Assembly: GCF_003668955.1 (NCBI RefSeq)
Contig: NZ_RAWO01000002.1
Span: 407,605-471,604 of the forward strand
Direction: 5' to 3'
From: Corallococcus sp. AB038B
GTDB lineage: Bacteria > Myxococcota > Myxococcia > Myxococcales > Myxococcaceae
Length of the DNA: 64,000 nucleotides
The notes below the pieces were generated by a model. That model ran no database searches. It was not told where the DNA came from and saw nothing but the letters and a program-made list of their open reading frames with translations. How positions within the stretch are numbered: position 1 is the first letter of the stretch; each line of letters begins with the position of its first letter. The position numbers were made by a program, and so were the translations under genes. Positions 21,029-29,893 of this stretch are shown one piece after another.

Positions 21029-21418
21029 ATGCCGCAGACGAACCCGTTCCACTCGCTGGTGCCCCGGAAGCTGACGGACTCCGAACTGGCCCGCTCCATC
21101 CGGCTCAACATCGAGGCGGAACTGGACGCCATCAACCTCTACGCCGCGCACCTGGACGCGACGGACAACGAGGAGGCGAAGGCCATCCTGCGGCACGTCA
21201 TGGACGAGGAGCGCGAGCACGCGGCCCTCTTCTGGCAGCTCATCGCGCGGTTGGATCCGGAGCAGGCCCAGCACGACCGCGAGGCGTCGCAGAAGTACCG
21301 CCTCATCACCACCGGCGCGTCTCACGAAGAGGTGGAGGCGGTGGGCGAGGGCGGCGGCGGCGTGCCCGCGGAAGTGGAGCTGCCCAAGCACCTCACCGTG
21401 GGCAGCCTGCGCAAGTAG
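21029..21418 (+). CDS. encC: Encapsulated ferritin-like (EncFtn/rubrerythrin-like) encapsulin cargo protein with C-terminal LTVGSL targeting peptide
   Basis: Ferritin-like four-helix motifs (NIEAELDAINLYAAH, HVMDEEREHAALFW). A Gly-rich linker (GEGGGG), then the cargo-loading tail HLTVGSLRK. Length (129 aa) and position match M. xanthus EncC next to groEL2. Start codon uncertain (alternative Met at 20942 or 20972). Confidence 0.7.
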   Translation: MPQTNPFHSLVPRKLTDSELARSIRLNIEAELDAINLYAAHLDATDNEEAKAILRHVMDEEREHAALFWQLIARLDPEQAQHDREASQKYRLITTGASHEEVEAVGEGGGGVPAEVELPKHLTVGSLRK

Positions 21419-21433
21419 CGCGCGGTGCGGCTT

Positions 21434-22843
21434 TCAGCCCTGGCCCTGCGGGGGCGGGGGATTCTGACGGCGCTCGGCCGGGGTGGCTTCCAGGTCCTGC
21501 GCCGCCATGTAGACGACGTTCCGGGTGCCACGCTTGCCCCGGTACATGGCCCGGTCGGACAGGTCCAGCAGGTGGTCCTTGTCCTGGGCATGCTCCGGGA
21601 AGCTGGCCACGCCGATGCAGGTGGTGAGCTTGAGCGCCAGCCCCTCGCGACCCAGGAACTGATGGGTCTCCATGGTGCGGCGGATGCGCTCGGCGACCTT
21701 GAGGGCCCCGCCGGAGTCCGTGCCGCGCAGGAGCACCACGTACTCGTCGCCGCCGAAGCGCGCCACCACGTCCGGGTCGCGCACGCAGCCCTTGAGCACG
21801 CGCGCGGCCTCCACCAGCACCCGCGAGCCCACCAGGTGCCCGTACGTGTCGTTGATGGCCTTGAAGCGGTCCAGGTCCAGGAACAGCAGGGAGAAGGGGC
21901 GCTCCGTCTGGAGGGCCTCGTTCACCTCGCGGTCCAGCACCAGGTGCAGGTAGCGCGTGTTGAACAGGCGGGTGAGGTCGTCGACGTAGGCCAGGTCCTC
22001 CACGGCGGCGAAGCGGCCCAGGTTGCGCAGGGCCAGCGCCCAGTTGCGCACGAGGAATCCCACGGTCTCCGCGTGGTGCTCCGCGGGCGCGCTGTCGTGG
22101 AAGAGCACCGCGTGGCCCAGCACCAGTTCTCCGTCCACGGCGGGGAAGGAGAGGGTGCGCGGCCAGGGAACTTGAAGTCCGTCGAGCTCCACCGGCGTGC
22201 GCGAGCCCGAGAGCCGCTCGATGAGCAGCGGGACGAGCGCCTCGTGCAGGTCCACCGGCAGCCCGCGCATGCCGTGCGAGCGGAAGCCCGTGCCGCCGGG
22301 GTCCCGCTCCAGGAGCATCACCGCGGAGGCGTTGGCCATGGACTCCAGCGCGTCCGACGCGGCCGTGGACAGCCGCTCGCGGTCGAGCGTGGTGGCGATG
22401 CGCTGGCCCGCCTCCAGCAGCGCGACGTGCTGGCGCAGGGACGCGTTCTCACGCATCAGGTCGCGCGTGGTGAGCGCGCGGCGCAGCGCGTGTTCCAGGG
22501 CCTCCGGCGCCACGGGCTTGACCAGGTACTCCGCCGCGCCGCTCTTGATGGCGCGCACCGCGGGGGCCACCTTGTCCAGGCCGGTGATGACCAGCACCTC
22601 CACGCCAGGATAGCGCTCGCGCACGTGACGGAGGACTTCCATGCCGTCGCCGCCGGGGAGGATGAGGTCCGTCACCACCGCGTCGAACCGCGCCGCGGAG
22701 AGGGCGGCCTTCGCGTCCGCCACGGTGGGCACCGCCGTGACCAGGTGTCCCGCGGCCGTGAGGTAGTCGCCGTAGAGATTGCGGGCGATCTTTTCGTCGT
22801 CGACGAGGAGCAGTCGCGCCATGACTGTTTCAGGGCTTAGCAC
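21434..22843 (-). CDS. Response regulator diguanylate cyclase (REC-GAF-GGDEF)
   Basis: Receiver domain (LLVDDE..VVTDLILPGGDG). Central GAF-like region. GGDEF domain with intact RFGGDEY active site and an RxxD-containing I-site region. Confidence 0.85.
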   Translation of the reverse strand: MLSPETVMARLLLVDDEKIARNLYGDYLTAAGHLVTAVPTVADAKAALSAARFDAVVTDLILPGGDGMEVLRHVRERYPGVEVLVITGLDKVAPAVRAIKSGAAEYLVKPVAPEALEHALRRALTTRDLMRENASLRQHVALLEAGQRIATTLDRERLSTAASDALESMANASAVMLLERDPGGTGFRSHGMRGLPVDLHEALVPLLIERLSGSRTPVELDGLQVPWPRTLSFPAVDGELVLGHAVLFHDSAPAEHHAETVGFLVRNWALALRNLGRFAAVEDLAYVDDLTRLFNTRYLHLVLDREVNEALQTERPFSLLFLDLDRFKAINDTYGHLVGSRVLVEAARVLKGCVRDPDVVARFGGDEYVVLLRGTDSGGALKVAERIRRTMETHQFLGREGLALKLTTCIGVASFPEHAQDKDHLLDLSDRAMYRGKRGTRNVVYMAAQDLEATPAERRQNPPPPQGQG

Positions 22844-22875
22844 CCAACGCTGGAAGGCTGCTAGGGTCCCGGGCC

Positions 22876-23688
22876 GTGCCCTTTGAAAGCGGACGGCGGC
22901 TCTGCCTGCTGGTGGAGGCCGGAGAGACGCGCTACGCGGTAGAGGCCACCTCCGTCATCGAGGTCGCGATGCCGGGCGCTCGCGGCGCGAGTCTGCGCGG
23001 CGTACTGGAAGTGAAGGATCTCGCCGCGCTGCTCGGCGGCCTGCCTGAGGAAGTGCCGGGCATGGTGGTGGTCCTGGACGTCAGCCCCACGCTCGCGGTG
23101 CGGGTGCGCGCCGTGGTGGAGGTCGCGGACGTCGCGAGGGATCCGTTCTTCCTGCTGCCTCCGGGCCTGGCGGACTCGCTGGCGCCGCTGAGCCGGGGCG
23201 CGGTGCTGCACAAGGATCGGCTGTACCTGGAGCTCATCGTGGAGGCGCTGCCGCACCGGGCGGGCCCCCGGGCGACCCCGCCGGAGCCCCGGCCCGTGCA
23301 CTATGCGGACGTGCCCCCGGAGCGGGCACTGGTGCTGGAATCCCAGGGGGTGCTGTTCGGCGTTCCGCTGGGTTGCGTCTCCCAGGTGGTGCCCCGGGGC
23401 GAGGCGTTCAGCGTGCTCCCGGTGCAGAGCGGGCCGGTGGCGGGCGTCTATCCCCACGCGCAGGCGCTGTGGCCCATCTGTTCGATTCCAGCGCTGTTGG
23501 GTGCGCCGGCCCAGGCGGAGGAGCTGTTCGTCCTCACGGAACTGGCGGGGCGGAACGTGGGGCTGGCGGCCACCCGGGTGCTTGGTGTGCTGCAGAAGTT
23601 CAAGCCGGCCGAGCTTCCCGGAACGTTCCGGGCGCCGGGGCTGCCGGATCCGGTGATGTTACTGGACCTGCAGCGCATGTTTTCTTGA
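22876..23688 (+). CDS. Tandem CheW-like domain protein
   Basis: Two CheW-like halves: LCLLVEAGETRYAVEATSVIEV and LVLESQGVLFGVPLGCVSQVV, resembling CheW LTF.LG.E.YGI.V..V.EI. Sits between the GGDEF regulator and romR. Confidence 0.45.
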   Translation: MPFESGRRLCLLVEAGETRYAVEATSVIEVAMPGARGASLRGVLEVKDLAALLGGLPEEVPGMVVVLDVSPTLAVRVRAVVEVADVARDPFFLLPPGLADSLAPLSRGAVLHKDRLYLELIVEALPHRAGPRATPPEPRPVHYADVPPERALVLESQGVLFGVPLGCVSQVVPRGEAFSVLPVQSGPVAGVYPHAQALWPICSIPALLGAPAQAEELFVLTELAGRNVGLAATRVLGVLQKFKPAELPGTFRAPGLPDPVMLLDLQRMFS

Positions 23689-23805
23689 TCGGCCCAACGC
23701 GCGAATCCTAAGCTTCTCCGATTGACACAGGGCGTGCAGGCAGGCTTGCTCGCCCGAAATCTCAAACGAATTCAGGGGGGTATGCGCCCCCCGAGGCCGG
23801 AGCCG

Positions 23806-25068
23806 ATGCCCAAGAATCTACTGATCGCCGACGACTCGCTCACCATCCGCAAGGTGATCGGGATGATCTTCGCGACGGAAGACTTCCAGGTGACCGCGGT
23901 GGACAACGGGCTGGACGCCATCTCCCGCGCGCGCGAGCTGCGTCCGGACGTGGTGCTCGCCGACGTGATGATGCCGGGCAAGAGCGGCTACGAGGTCTGC
24001 GAGGCGCTCAAGAGCGACCCCTCCACGCAGGCCATCCCGGTGCTGCTCCTGGCCGGCACCTTCGAGGCGTTCGACGAGAACCGCGCGAAGGCCGCCCGGG
24101 CGGATGACCACATCGCCAAGCCCTTCGAGAGCCAGATCCTCCTCGACAAGGTGAAGGCGCTGGTGGGCCAGAAGTCCAACACGATGCCCGCGTCCGCCGC
24201 GACGCGCATCCTGCCCCAGACCTCCGCCCCGAGCGCTCCGGCCAGCGCGCCGCCCGCCGCCGCCGTGCCGCCGGGTGCGCGTCCCGCGGGTGCGCCGCCT
24301 CCGGGCGCCGTGCCGCCGGGTGCGCGTCCTCCGCCGGGTGCCGTGCCTCCGGGCGCGCGTCCTCCGGGCGCCGGTGTGCCTCCTCCTCCGGGTGCGGCGC
24401 GTCCGCTGCCGGGCGCTGTTCCTCCGGGCGCGCGTCCTCCGGGTGCGCCGCCTCCGGGCGCCATGCCGCCGGGTGCACGTCCTCCGCCGGGTGCGCCGCC
24501 TCCGGGCATGGGTGCGCGTCCTCCGGGTGCGCCGCCTCCGGGTGCCATGCCGCCGGGTGCGCGTCCTCCGCCGGGTGCCGTGCCTCCGGGCGCGCGTCCT
24601 CCAGGTGCGCCGCCTCCGGGCATGGCCGCGCGTCCTCCGGGCCCTGGCGCCCCGAACATCCCGGGCGGCTTCCCGCGTCCTCCGGGCGCCGCGCCGCTGC
24701 CGTCCGCGCCCCCGCCCGCCGCGGTGCCTCCAGCGGCCCGTGCCCGGGATCCGTTCGGGCTGGGTGCACCGGCCGCCCCGCCCGCCGCGCAGGCCCGCAC
24801 GGGGAGCATCCGCATCGAGGACTCGCTGCCCGAGCCCAGCGGCGCGGAGGAAATCTCCCTGGATATCGGCGGCCCCTCGCCGGCGACTCCTCCCGCGCGC
24901 GCCCGTCCGGCCGCGGATGGCGGCGAGGCGCTGCTGCGCGAGGCGCTGTCGAAGGCGTCCCGCGAGGTCATCGAGAAGATTGCCTGGGAGGTCGTACCGC
25001 AGCTGGCGGAGGCCATCATCCGGGAAGAGCTGGAGCGGCTCATCAAGGACCGCGAGACCCAGCATTGA
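23806..25068 (+). CDS. romR: Polarity response regulator RomR (REC + Pro-rich linker + acidic C-terminal domain)
   Basis: The internal Met gives 420 aa, the known RomR length. N-terminal receiver (LLIADDSLTIRKVIG...DVVLADVMMPGKSGYEV). A long PPGARPPGA repeat linker. An acidic, conserved C-terminus (EKIAWEVVPQLAEAIIREELERLIKD). Synteny with groEL2/encC as in M. xanthus. Confidence 0.7.
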   Translation: MPKNLLIADDSLTIRKVIGMIFATEDFQVTAVDNGLDAISRARELRPDVVLADVMMPGKSGYEVCEALKSDPSTQAIPVLLLAGTFEAFDENRAKAARADDHIAKPFESQILLDKVKALVGQKSNTMPASAATRILPQTSAPSAPASAPPAAAVPPGARPAGAPPPGAVPPGARPPPGAVPPGARPPGAGVPPPPGAARPLPGAVPPGARPPGAPPPGAMPPGARPPPGAPPPGMGARPPGAPPPGAMPPGARPPPGAVPPGARPPGAPPPGMAARPPGPGAPNIPGGFPRPPGAAPLPSAPPPAAVPPAARARDPFGLGAPAAPPAAQARTGSIRIEDSLPEPSGAEEISLDIGGPSPATPPARARPAADGGEALLREALSKASREVIEKIAWEVVPQLAEAIIREELERLIKDRETQH

Positions 25069-25121
25069 TTCGCAGTCCCCTCTGATTCCCCGCCGGCCCC
25101 GTCGGGGGCCGGCCGCTTGCA

Positions 25122-28100
25122 ATGACTGACACGACTGAACTGTCCAAGGCCTACGAGCCCTCCGAAGTGGAGGCGCGGTGGTACAACCACTGGCTGGAGC
25201 GCGACTACTTCCGCGCCGAAGCCCCTTCCTCCAAGCCGCCGTTCAGCATCGTGCTGCCGCCGCCCAACGTGACGGGCAGCCTGCACATCGGCCACGCGCT
25301 CACCGCGACCATCCAGGACATCCTCACGCGCTGGAAGCGGATGAGCGGCTTCAACGCGCTCTGGCTGCCCGGCACGGACCACGCGGGCATCGCCACGCAG
25401 ATGGTGGTGGAGAAGGAGCTCAAGAAGACGGAGGGCAAGAGCCGCCACGACCTGGGCCGCGAGGCGTTCCTCGAGCGCGTCTGGACGTGGAAGGGCAAGT
25501 TCGGCGCGCGCATCGGTGAGCAGCACCGCTACCTGGGCGCGTCCCTGGACTGGAGCCGCGAGCGCTTCACCATGGACGAGCAGTCCTCGGCCGCGGTGCG
25601 CGAGGTGTTCGTCCGGCTGTACGAAGAGGGCCTGATGTACCGGGCCCAGAAGCTGATCAACTGGTGCCCGTCCTGCCGCACGGCCCTCTCCGACCTGGAA
25701 GTGGAGCACGAGGAGAAGAACGGCTCGCTCTGGCACATCCGCTACCCGGTGAAGGGCACGGAGCGCTTCCTCACCGTGGCGACGACGCGCCCGGAGACGC
25801 TGCTGGGCGACACGGCCGTCGCCGTGCATCCGGACGACCCGCGCTATCAGGACCTCATCGGCAAGAGCGTGGCGTTGCCGCTCACCGACCGTGAGATTCC
25901 CGTCATCGCGGACGGCGAGTTGGTGAACATGGAGTTCGGCACCGGCGTGGTGAAGGTCACGCCCGCGCACGACTTCAACGACTACCAGACGGGCCTGCGC
26001 CACAAGCTGCCGATGCTGTCCATCCTGGACGAAGCGGCGCGGATGACGAAGGACACCGGCAAGTACGCGGGCCTGGACCGGGCCGACGCGCGCAAGCAGG
26101 TGCTGGCGGACCTGACGGAGCTGGGCCTGCTGGAGAAGGAGGAGCCGCACAAGCTGAACGTGGGCACCTGCCAGCGCTGCACCACGGTGGTGGAGCCGCG
26201 CCTGTCGCCGCAGTGGTTCATCAAGATCGAACCGCTGGCGAAGCCGGCCATCGAGGCGGTGGAGCAGGGCCGCACGAAGTTCGTCCCCGAGTCCTGGACG
26301 AACACGTACTTCCACTGGATGCGCAACATCCACGACTGGTGCGTGAGCCGCCAGCTGTGGTGGGGCCACCAGATCCCCGCGTGGTACTGCACGGCGTGCA
26401 CGCCCCCGGAGGCGCGCTCGCTGGACACCGCGGACGTCATCGTGTCGCGCACGCCGCCGGAGTCGTGTCCCAAGTGTGGCGGCAAGGAGCTGACGCAGGA
26501 CTCCGACGTGCTGGACACGTGGTTCTCGTCCGCGCTGTGGCCGTTCTCCACGCTGGGCTGGCCGCGTCAGACGCCGGATCTCTCCACGTTCTACCCGACG
26601 TCCGTGATGGAGACGGGCCACGACATCATCTTCTTCTGGGTCGCCCGGATGATGATGATGGGCCTGCACTTCATGGGGGATGTGCCCTTCCGCACCGTGT
26701 ATCTGCACGCGATGGTGCGCGACGAGAAGGGCGAGAAGATGTCCAAGGTGAAGGGGAACGTCATCGATCCCCTGGACGTCATCCTTGGCGCGAAGGTGGA
26801 GTCGCTGCAGCCGTCGCTGCGCAACCGCTTCCCGCAAGGCATGCCCGCGCACGGCGCGGACGCACTGCGCTTCACGCTGGCGTCCGCGACGCAGCAGGGA
26901 CGGGACATCAAGCTGTCGATGGACCGCCTGGGTGGCTACAAGGCGTTCTGCAACAAGCTGTGGAACGCCAGCCGCTTCGCCCTGATGAACATGGGCGACT
27001 TCAGCCTGGACAAGACGCCGCTGGAGGGCCGCAAGCTGACGCTGGCGGACCGGTGGATCCTCTCCCGGTTGCAGAAGGCGACCACGGAGACGCACGCCGC
27101 GCTGGAGGCGTTCGGCTTCGCGGAGGCCGCGTCCACGCTGTACCAGTTCCTGTGGGCGGAGTTCTGCGACTGGTACATCGAGCTGGCGAAGGGCTCGCTG
27201 TACGGCGACGACGCGGAGGCCAAGGACACCACGCGCGCGGTGCTGGTGACGTGTCTGGACCGCATCCTGCGGCTGATGCACCCGTTCATGCCGTTCATCA
27301 CCGAGGAGATCTGGCAGAAGCTGCCGATGTCCCGGCCCACGGAGAGCATCTGCATCGCGGCGTACCCGGTGCCGGAGGCGGCGTGGGTGGACGCGGCCGC
27401 GGAAGGCGAGATGGCGCCGGTCATCGCGGCCATCGAGGGCCTGCGCACGCTGCGCGGCGAGAGCAACCTGCCGCCGTCCGCGAAGGTGAAGGCGGTGGTG
27501 CAGAGCCCGGACGCGACGACGCGCGAGCTGTTGGAGCGTTGGCGCGCGTACCTGATGCCTCTCGCGGGCCTGTCCGAAGTGGTGGTGGGCCCTCCGGGCG
27601 CCAAGCCTCCGCAGGCGGCGGCGTTCGTGAGCGGCAACCTGGAAATCTACGTGCCCCTGGCGGGCCTGGTGGACCTGGACGCGGAGCGCGACCGCCTGAA
27701 GAAGGAGATCGTCCGCTCCGAGCAGGAACTCACCGGTTTGCAGCGCAAGCTGGACAACCCGAACTTCGTGGCCCGTGCTCCGCCGGACGTGGTGGAGAAG
27801 GACAAGGCCCGGGTGGCGGAGCTCCAGGAGCGCACGGTCAAGCTGCAGGATCACCTCCAGCGCATCGCCCCGGAGCCCCCCATGTCCGAGACGCCGTCGC
27901 CGTTGCCGGGCAGCACCGAGTCCGAAGCCCCTGAAGCGTCCGAGTCCCCCGCGCCCGAGAGCGCCCAGGTGAAGGTGGCCACCGAGCCGCAGGAACCGAA
28001 GGACGAAGCGGTGAACCTGGGCCAGGAGCTGAAGGGCGAGATTGAAGCCGAAGAGGCTTCGCAGGCGCCCCAGGCCGCGGATCCGGTGGTGGAGGAGGCC

Positions 28101-28616
28101 CTCAAAAAGCTGCGCGAGGGCACCAAGGAAGGGCTGTCCCCGGCGGACCACCACGACCTGGGCGTCGCGTACATGAGCATGGGCCTCGTGGACGACGCGA
28201 TGCGCGAGTTCGACCGGGCCAAGGAGGGCGGCGACGCCCGCGAGGCGCCGGAGGGTTCGGCGAAGCCGGTGAAGAAGGCTCCGACGAAGAAGGCCCCTGC
28301 GAAGAAGGCTTCCGCGAAGAAGGCGGCAGGCAAGAAGACGGCCGCGAAGAAGGCGGCGGTGAAGAAGGCCCCTGCGAAGAAGGCCTCCGCGAAGAAGGCT
28401 GCGGGGAAGAAGTCCGCCGCGAAGAAAGCCCCTGCGAAGAAGGCTTCCGCGAAGAAGGCGGCGGGCAAGAAGACGGCCGCGAAGAAGGCGGCGGTGAAGA
28501 AGGCTCCTGCGAAGAAGGCTTCGGCGAAGAAGGCGGCGGGCAAGAAGACCGCCGCGAAGAAGGCCGCGGCGAAGAAGACCACTCGGGGCAAGCCGGCTCG
28601 CAAGGCGCGCCGGTAG
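25122..28616 (+). CDS. valS: Valine--tRNA ligase with ~260-aa C-terminal extension (acidic linker + lysine/alanine-rich H1-like repeats)
   Basis: Class I HIGH ([14 protein letters not shown]) and KMSKS (KMSKVKGNV) motifs. Editing domain. C-terminal coiled coil ending ...LQRIAP at about aa 905. The ORF then continues in frame through an E/P-rich spacer and 5-6 copies of [25 protein letters not shown]. Confidence 0.95.
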   Translation: MTDTTELSKAYEPSEVEARWYNHWLERDYFRAEAPSSKPPFSIVLPPPNVTGSLHIGHALTATIQDILTRWKRMSGFNALWLPGTDHAGIATQMVVEKELKKTEGKSRHDLGREAFLERVWTWKGKFGARIGEQHRYLGASLDWSRERFTMDEQSSAAVREVFVRLYEEGLMYRAQKLINWCPSCRTALSDLEVEHEEKNGSLWHIRYPVKGTERFLTVATTRPETLLGDTAVAVHPDDPRYQDLIGKSVALPLTDREIPVIADGELVNMEFGTGVVKVTPAHDFNDYQTGLRHKLPMLSILDEAARMTKDTGKYAGLDRADARKQVLADLTELGLLEKEEPHKLNVGTCQRCTTVVEPRLSPQWFIKIEPLAKPAIEAVEQGRTKFVPESWTNTYFHWMRNIHDWCVSRQLWWGHQIPAWYCTACTPPEARSLDTADVIVSRTPPESCPKCGGKELTQDSDVLDTWFSSALWPFSTLGWPRQTPDLSTFYPTSVMETGHDIIFFWVARMMMMGLHFMGDVPFRTVYLHAMVRDEKGEKMSKVKGNVIDPLDVILGAKVESLQPSLRNRFPQGMPAHGADALRFTLASATQQGRDIKLSMDRLGGYKAFCNKLWNASRFALMNMGDFSLDKTPLEGRKLTLADRWILSRLQKATTETHAALEAFGFAEAASTLYQFLWAEFCDWYIELAKGSLYGDDAEAKDTTRAVLVTCLDRILRLMHPFMPFITEEIWQKLPMSRPTESICIAAYPVPEAAWVDAAAEGEMAPVIAAIEGLRTLRGESNLPPSAKVKAVVQSPDATTRELLERWRAYLMPLAGLSEVVVGPPGAKPPQAAAFVSGNLEIYVPLAGLVDLDAERDRLKKEIVRSEQELTGLQRKLDNPNFVARAPPDVVEKDKARVAELQERTVKLQDHLQRIAPEPPMSETPSPLPGSTESEAPEASESPAPESAQVKVATEPQEPKDEAVNLGQELKGEIEAEEASQAPQAADPVVEEALKKLREGTKEGLSPADHHDLGVAYMSMGLVDDAMREFDRAKEGGDAREAPEGSAKPVKKAPTKKAPAKKASAKKAAGKKTAAKKAAVKKAPAKKASAKKAAGKKSAAKKAPAKKASAKKAAGKKTAAKKAAVKKAPAKKASAKKAAGKKTAAKKAAAKKTTRGKPARKARR
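28240..28610 (+). repeat. Coding tandem repeat (about 48-51 nt units) encoding the AKKA/KKAP lysine-rich tail of ValRS
   Basis: Near-identical units of gaagaaggc(t/c)cctgcgaagaaggc(t/c)tc(c/g)gcgaagaaggcggc(g/a)ggcaagaagacggccgcgaagaaggcggcggtgaag repeated five times. Confidence 0.8.
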
Positions 28617-28625
28617 GAGGCGGAA

Positions 28626-29504
28626 GTGCAGCAGGATTATCTCGATCGGCTCATCGCGCTGTCCCTCGACGAGGACCTGGGTGCTGCGGGGGACGTCACC
28701 TCGCTGGCGGTGGTCCCCGCCGAAGCGGAGGGCAGCGGTGAGCTGGTCGCGAAGGAGCAGATGATCGTCGCCGGCCTGGACGCCTTCGTCCGCGTCTTCC
28801 ACATGGTGGACGCGGAGGTGGAGGTGGAGGTCCTCAAGCGCGACGGCGAGGAAATCAAACCGAAGGTGGTCGCCGCGCGCGTCCACGGCAAGCTGCGTTC
28901 GCTGCTGGCCGCTGAGCGCACGGCGCTCAACCTGGTGCAGCGCGCCGCCGGCATCGCGACGCTGGCCCAGCAGGCGATGACCTCCGTGCGAGGCTCGAAG
29001 CTGCGGGTGCTGGACACGCGCAAGACGCCGCCGGGCATGCGAGGCCTCGCGAAGCACGCGGTGCGCATGGGCGGCGCGTCCAACCACCGCTTCGGCCTCT
29101 TCGACGGCATCCTCATCAAGGACAACCACATCGCGGCGGTAGGTGGCGACATCACCGAAGCGGTGCGCCGCGCGAAGCTGAACGGTCCCCGGCTGGTGAA
29201 GATTGAAGTGGAGGTCACCAACTTCAAGCAGCTGGAGGAGGCCATCGCCGCGGGCGCGGACGTCATCATGTTGGACAACATGGACGACGCGCAGATCCGC
29301 GAAGCGGTGAAGCTGACGGCGAGCCGCGTGCCCATCGAAGTGTCGGGCGGCGTCACGTTGGACCGGCTGCCCCGGCTGGCGAAGCTGGGCGTGGACTTCG
29401 TGTCGATGGGCGCGCTGACGCACTCGGCGCGGGCCATGGACCTGTCGCTGGAGATCGCGACGACGAAGAAGTCCACGCGCAAGCCCCGCTCCGCGCAGGG
29501 CTGA
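28626..29504 (+). CDS. nadC: Nicotinate-nucleotide pyrophosphorylase (quinolinate phosphoribosyltransferase)
   Basis: Full-length QAPRTase: LDTRKTPPGMRGLAKHAVRMGGASNHRFGLFDGILIKDNH, C-terminal TIM-barrel GGVTLD. Confidence 0.9.
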   Translation: MQQDYLDRLIALSLDEDLGAAGDVTSLAVVPAEAEGSGELVAKEQMIVAGLDAFVRVFHMVDAEVEVEVLKRDGEEIKPKVVAARVHGKLRSLLAAERTALNLVQRAAGIATLAQQAMTSVRGSKLRVLDTRKTPPGMRGLAKHAVRMGGASNHRFGLFDGILIKDNHIAAVGGDITEAVRRAKLNGPRLVKIEVEVTNFKQLEEAIAAGADVIMLDNMDDAQIREAVKLTASRVPIEVSGGVTLDRLPRLAKLGVDFVSMGALTHSARAMDLSLEIATTKKSTRKPRSAQG

Positions 29505-29535
29505 AGCGGTCAGCGGTCTTCACGAATCCGCAGAG

Positions 29536-29574
29536 AGCGCCTCCGAGTCCTGGGACTCGGAGGCGCTTGTGTTT
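29536..29574. terminator. Bidirectional intrinsic terminator (15-bp perfect stem) downstream of nadC
   Basis: agcgcctccgagtcc-tg-ggactcggaggcgct followed by tgtgttt. Lies between converging stops (nadC + strand; small peptide gene - strand). Confidence 0.55.
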
Positions 29575-29800
29575 ACGGCTGGGTGCAGCGCCAGACCCCG
29601 CAGGAACCGCCGCTCGTGCCGCACTCCATCTGGGTCGAGCACGGCTTGCAGGTGCGTGAACAGATCATCTGGACAGCAGACGCCTGGTTATCGGTCGTCT
29701 CCGCCGTCGAGCCGGGAACCATGGCCAGGGCCGTACCCGCCATGATGCCGATGATCAGCGCGAATCCAGGAATCGTCTGCTTCAGTCGCGATGCCTTCAT
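29573..29800 (-). CDS. Small secreted Cys-rich peptide precursor (75 aa; signal peptide + 6-Cys, 42-aa mature region)
   Basis: Signal peptide MKASRLKQTIPGFALIIGIMAGTALAMVPGSTA. Mature region with C-x3-C-x2-C-x5-C-x6-C-x4-C. ORF ends exactly at the terminator. Confidence 0.45.
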   Translation of the reverse strand: MKASRLKQTIPGFALIIGIMAGTALAMVPGSTAETTDNQASAVQMICSRTCKPCSTQMECGTSGGSCGVWRCTQP

Positions 29801-29893
29801 GCTTCCTCCGGGGTGGGTGCCACCGGGTCAGAGCATCCTGGCCCGCTGACAGGAAGGCATTCGAACAGACGCCGCGACGCAATCCAAGGTCAC

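Noticed and set aside
20723-21391. 222-aa minus-strand ORF overlapping the EncFtn gene
   Set aside because: The plus-strand frame gives a ferritin-like domain plus the LTVGSL targeting peptide. The minus frame is Arg/Gly-rich with no motifs.
28240-28610. Short tandem DNA repeats (~50 nt) that could be mistaken for a CRISPR array
   Set aside because: The units are contiguous without spacers and encode the in-frame KKA-rich tail of ValRS.
23988-29423. 1811-aa minus-strand ORF spanning romR, valS and nadC
   Set aside because: Entirely antisense to three well-supported genes (class-I aaRS motifs, QAPRTase). R/A/G/L-rich with no domains. GC-driven stop-codon depletion.
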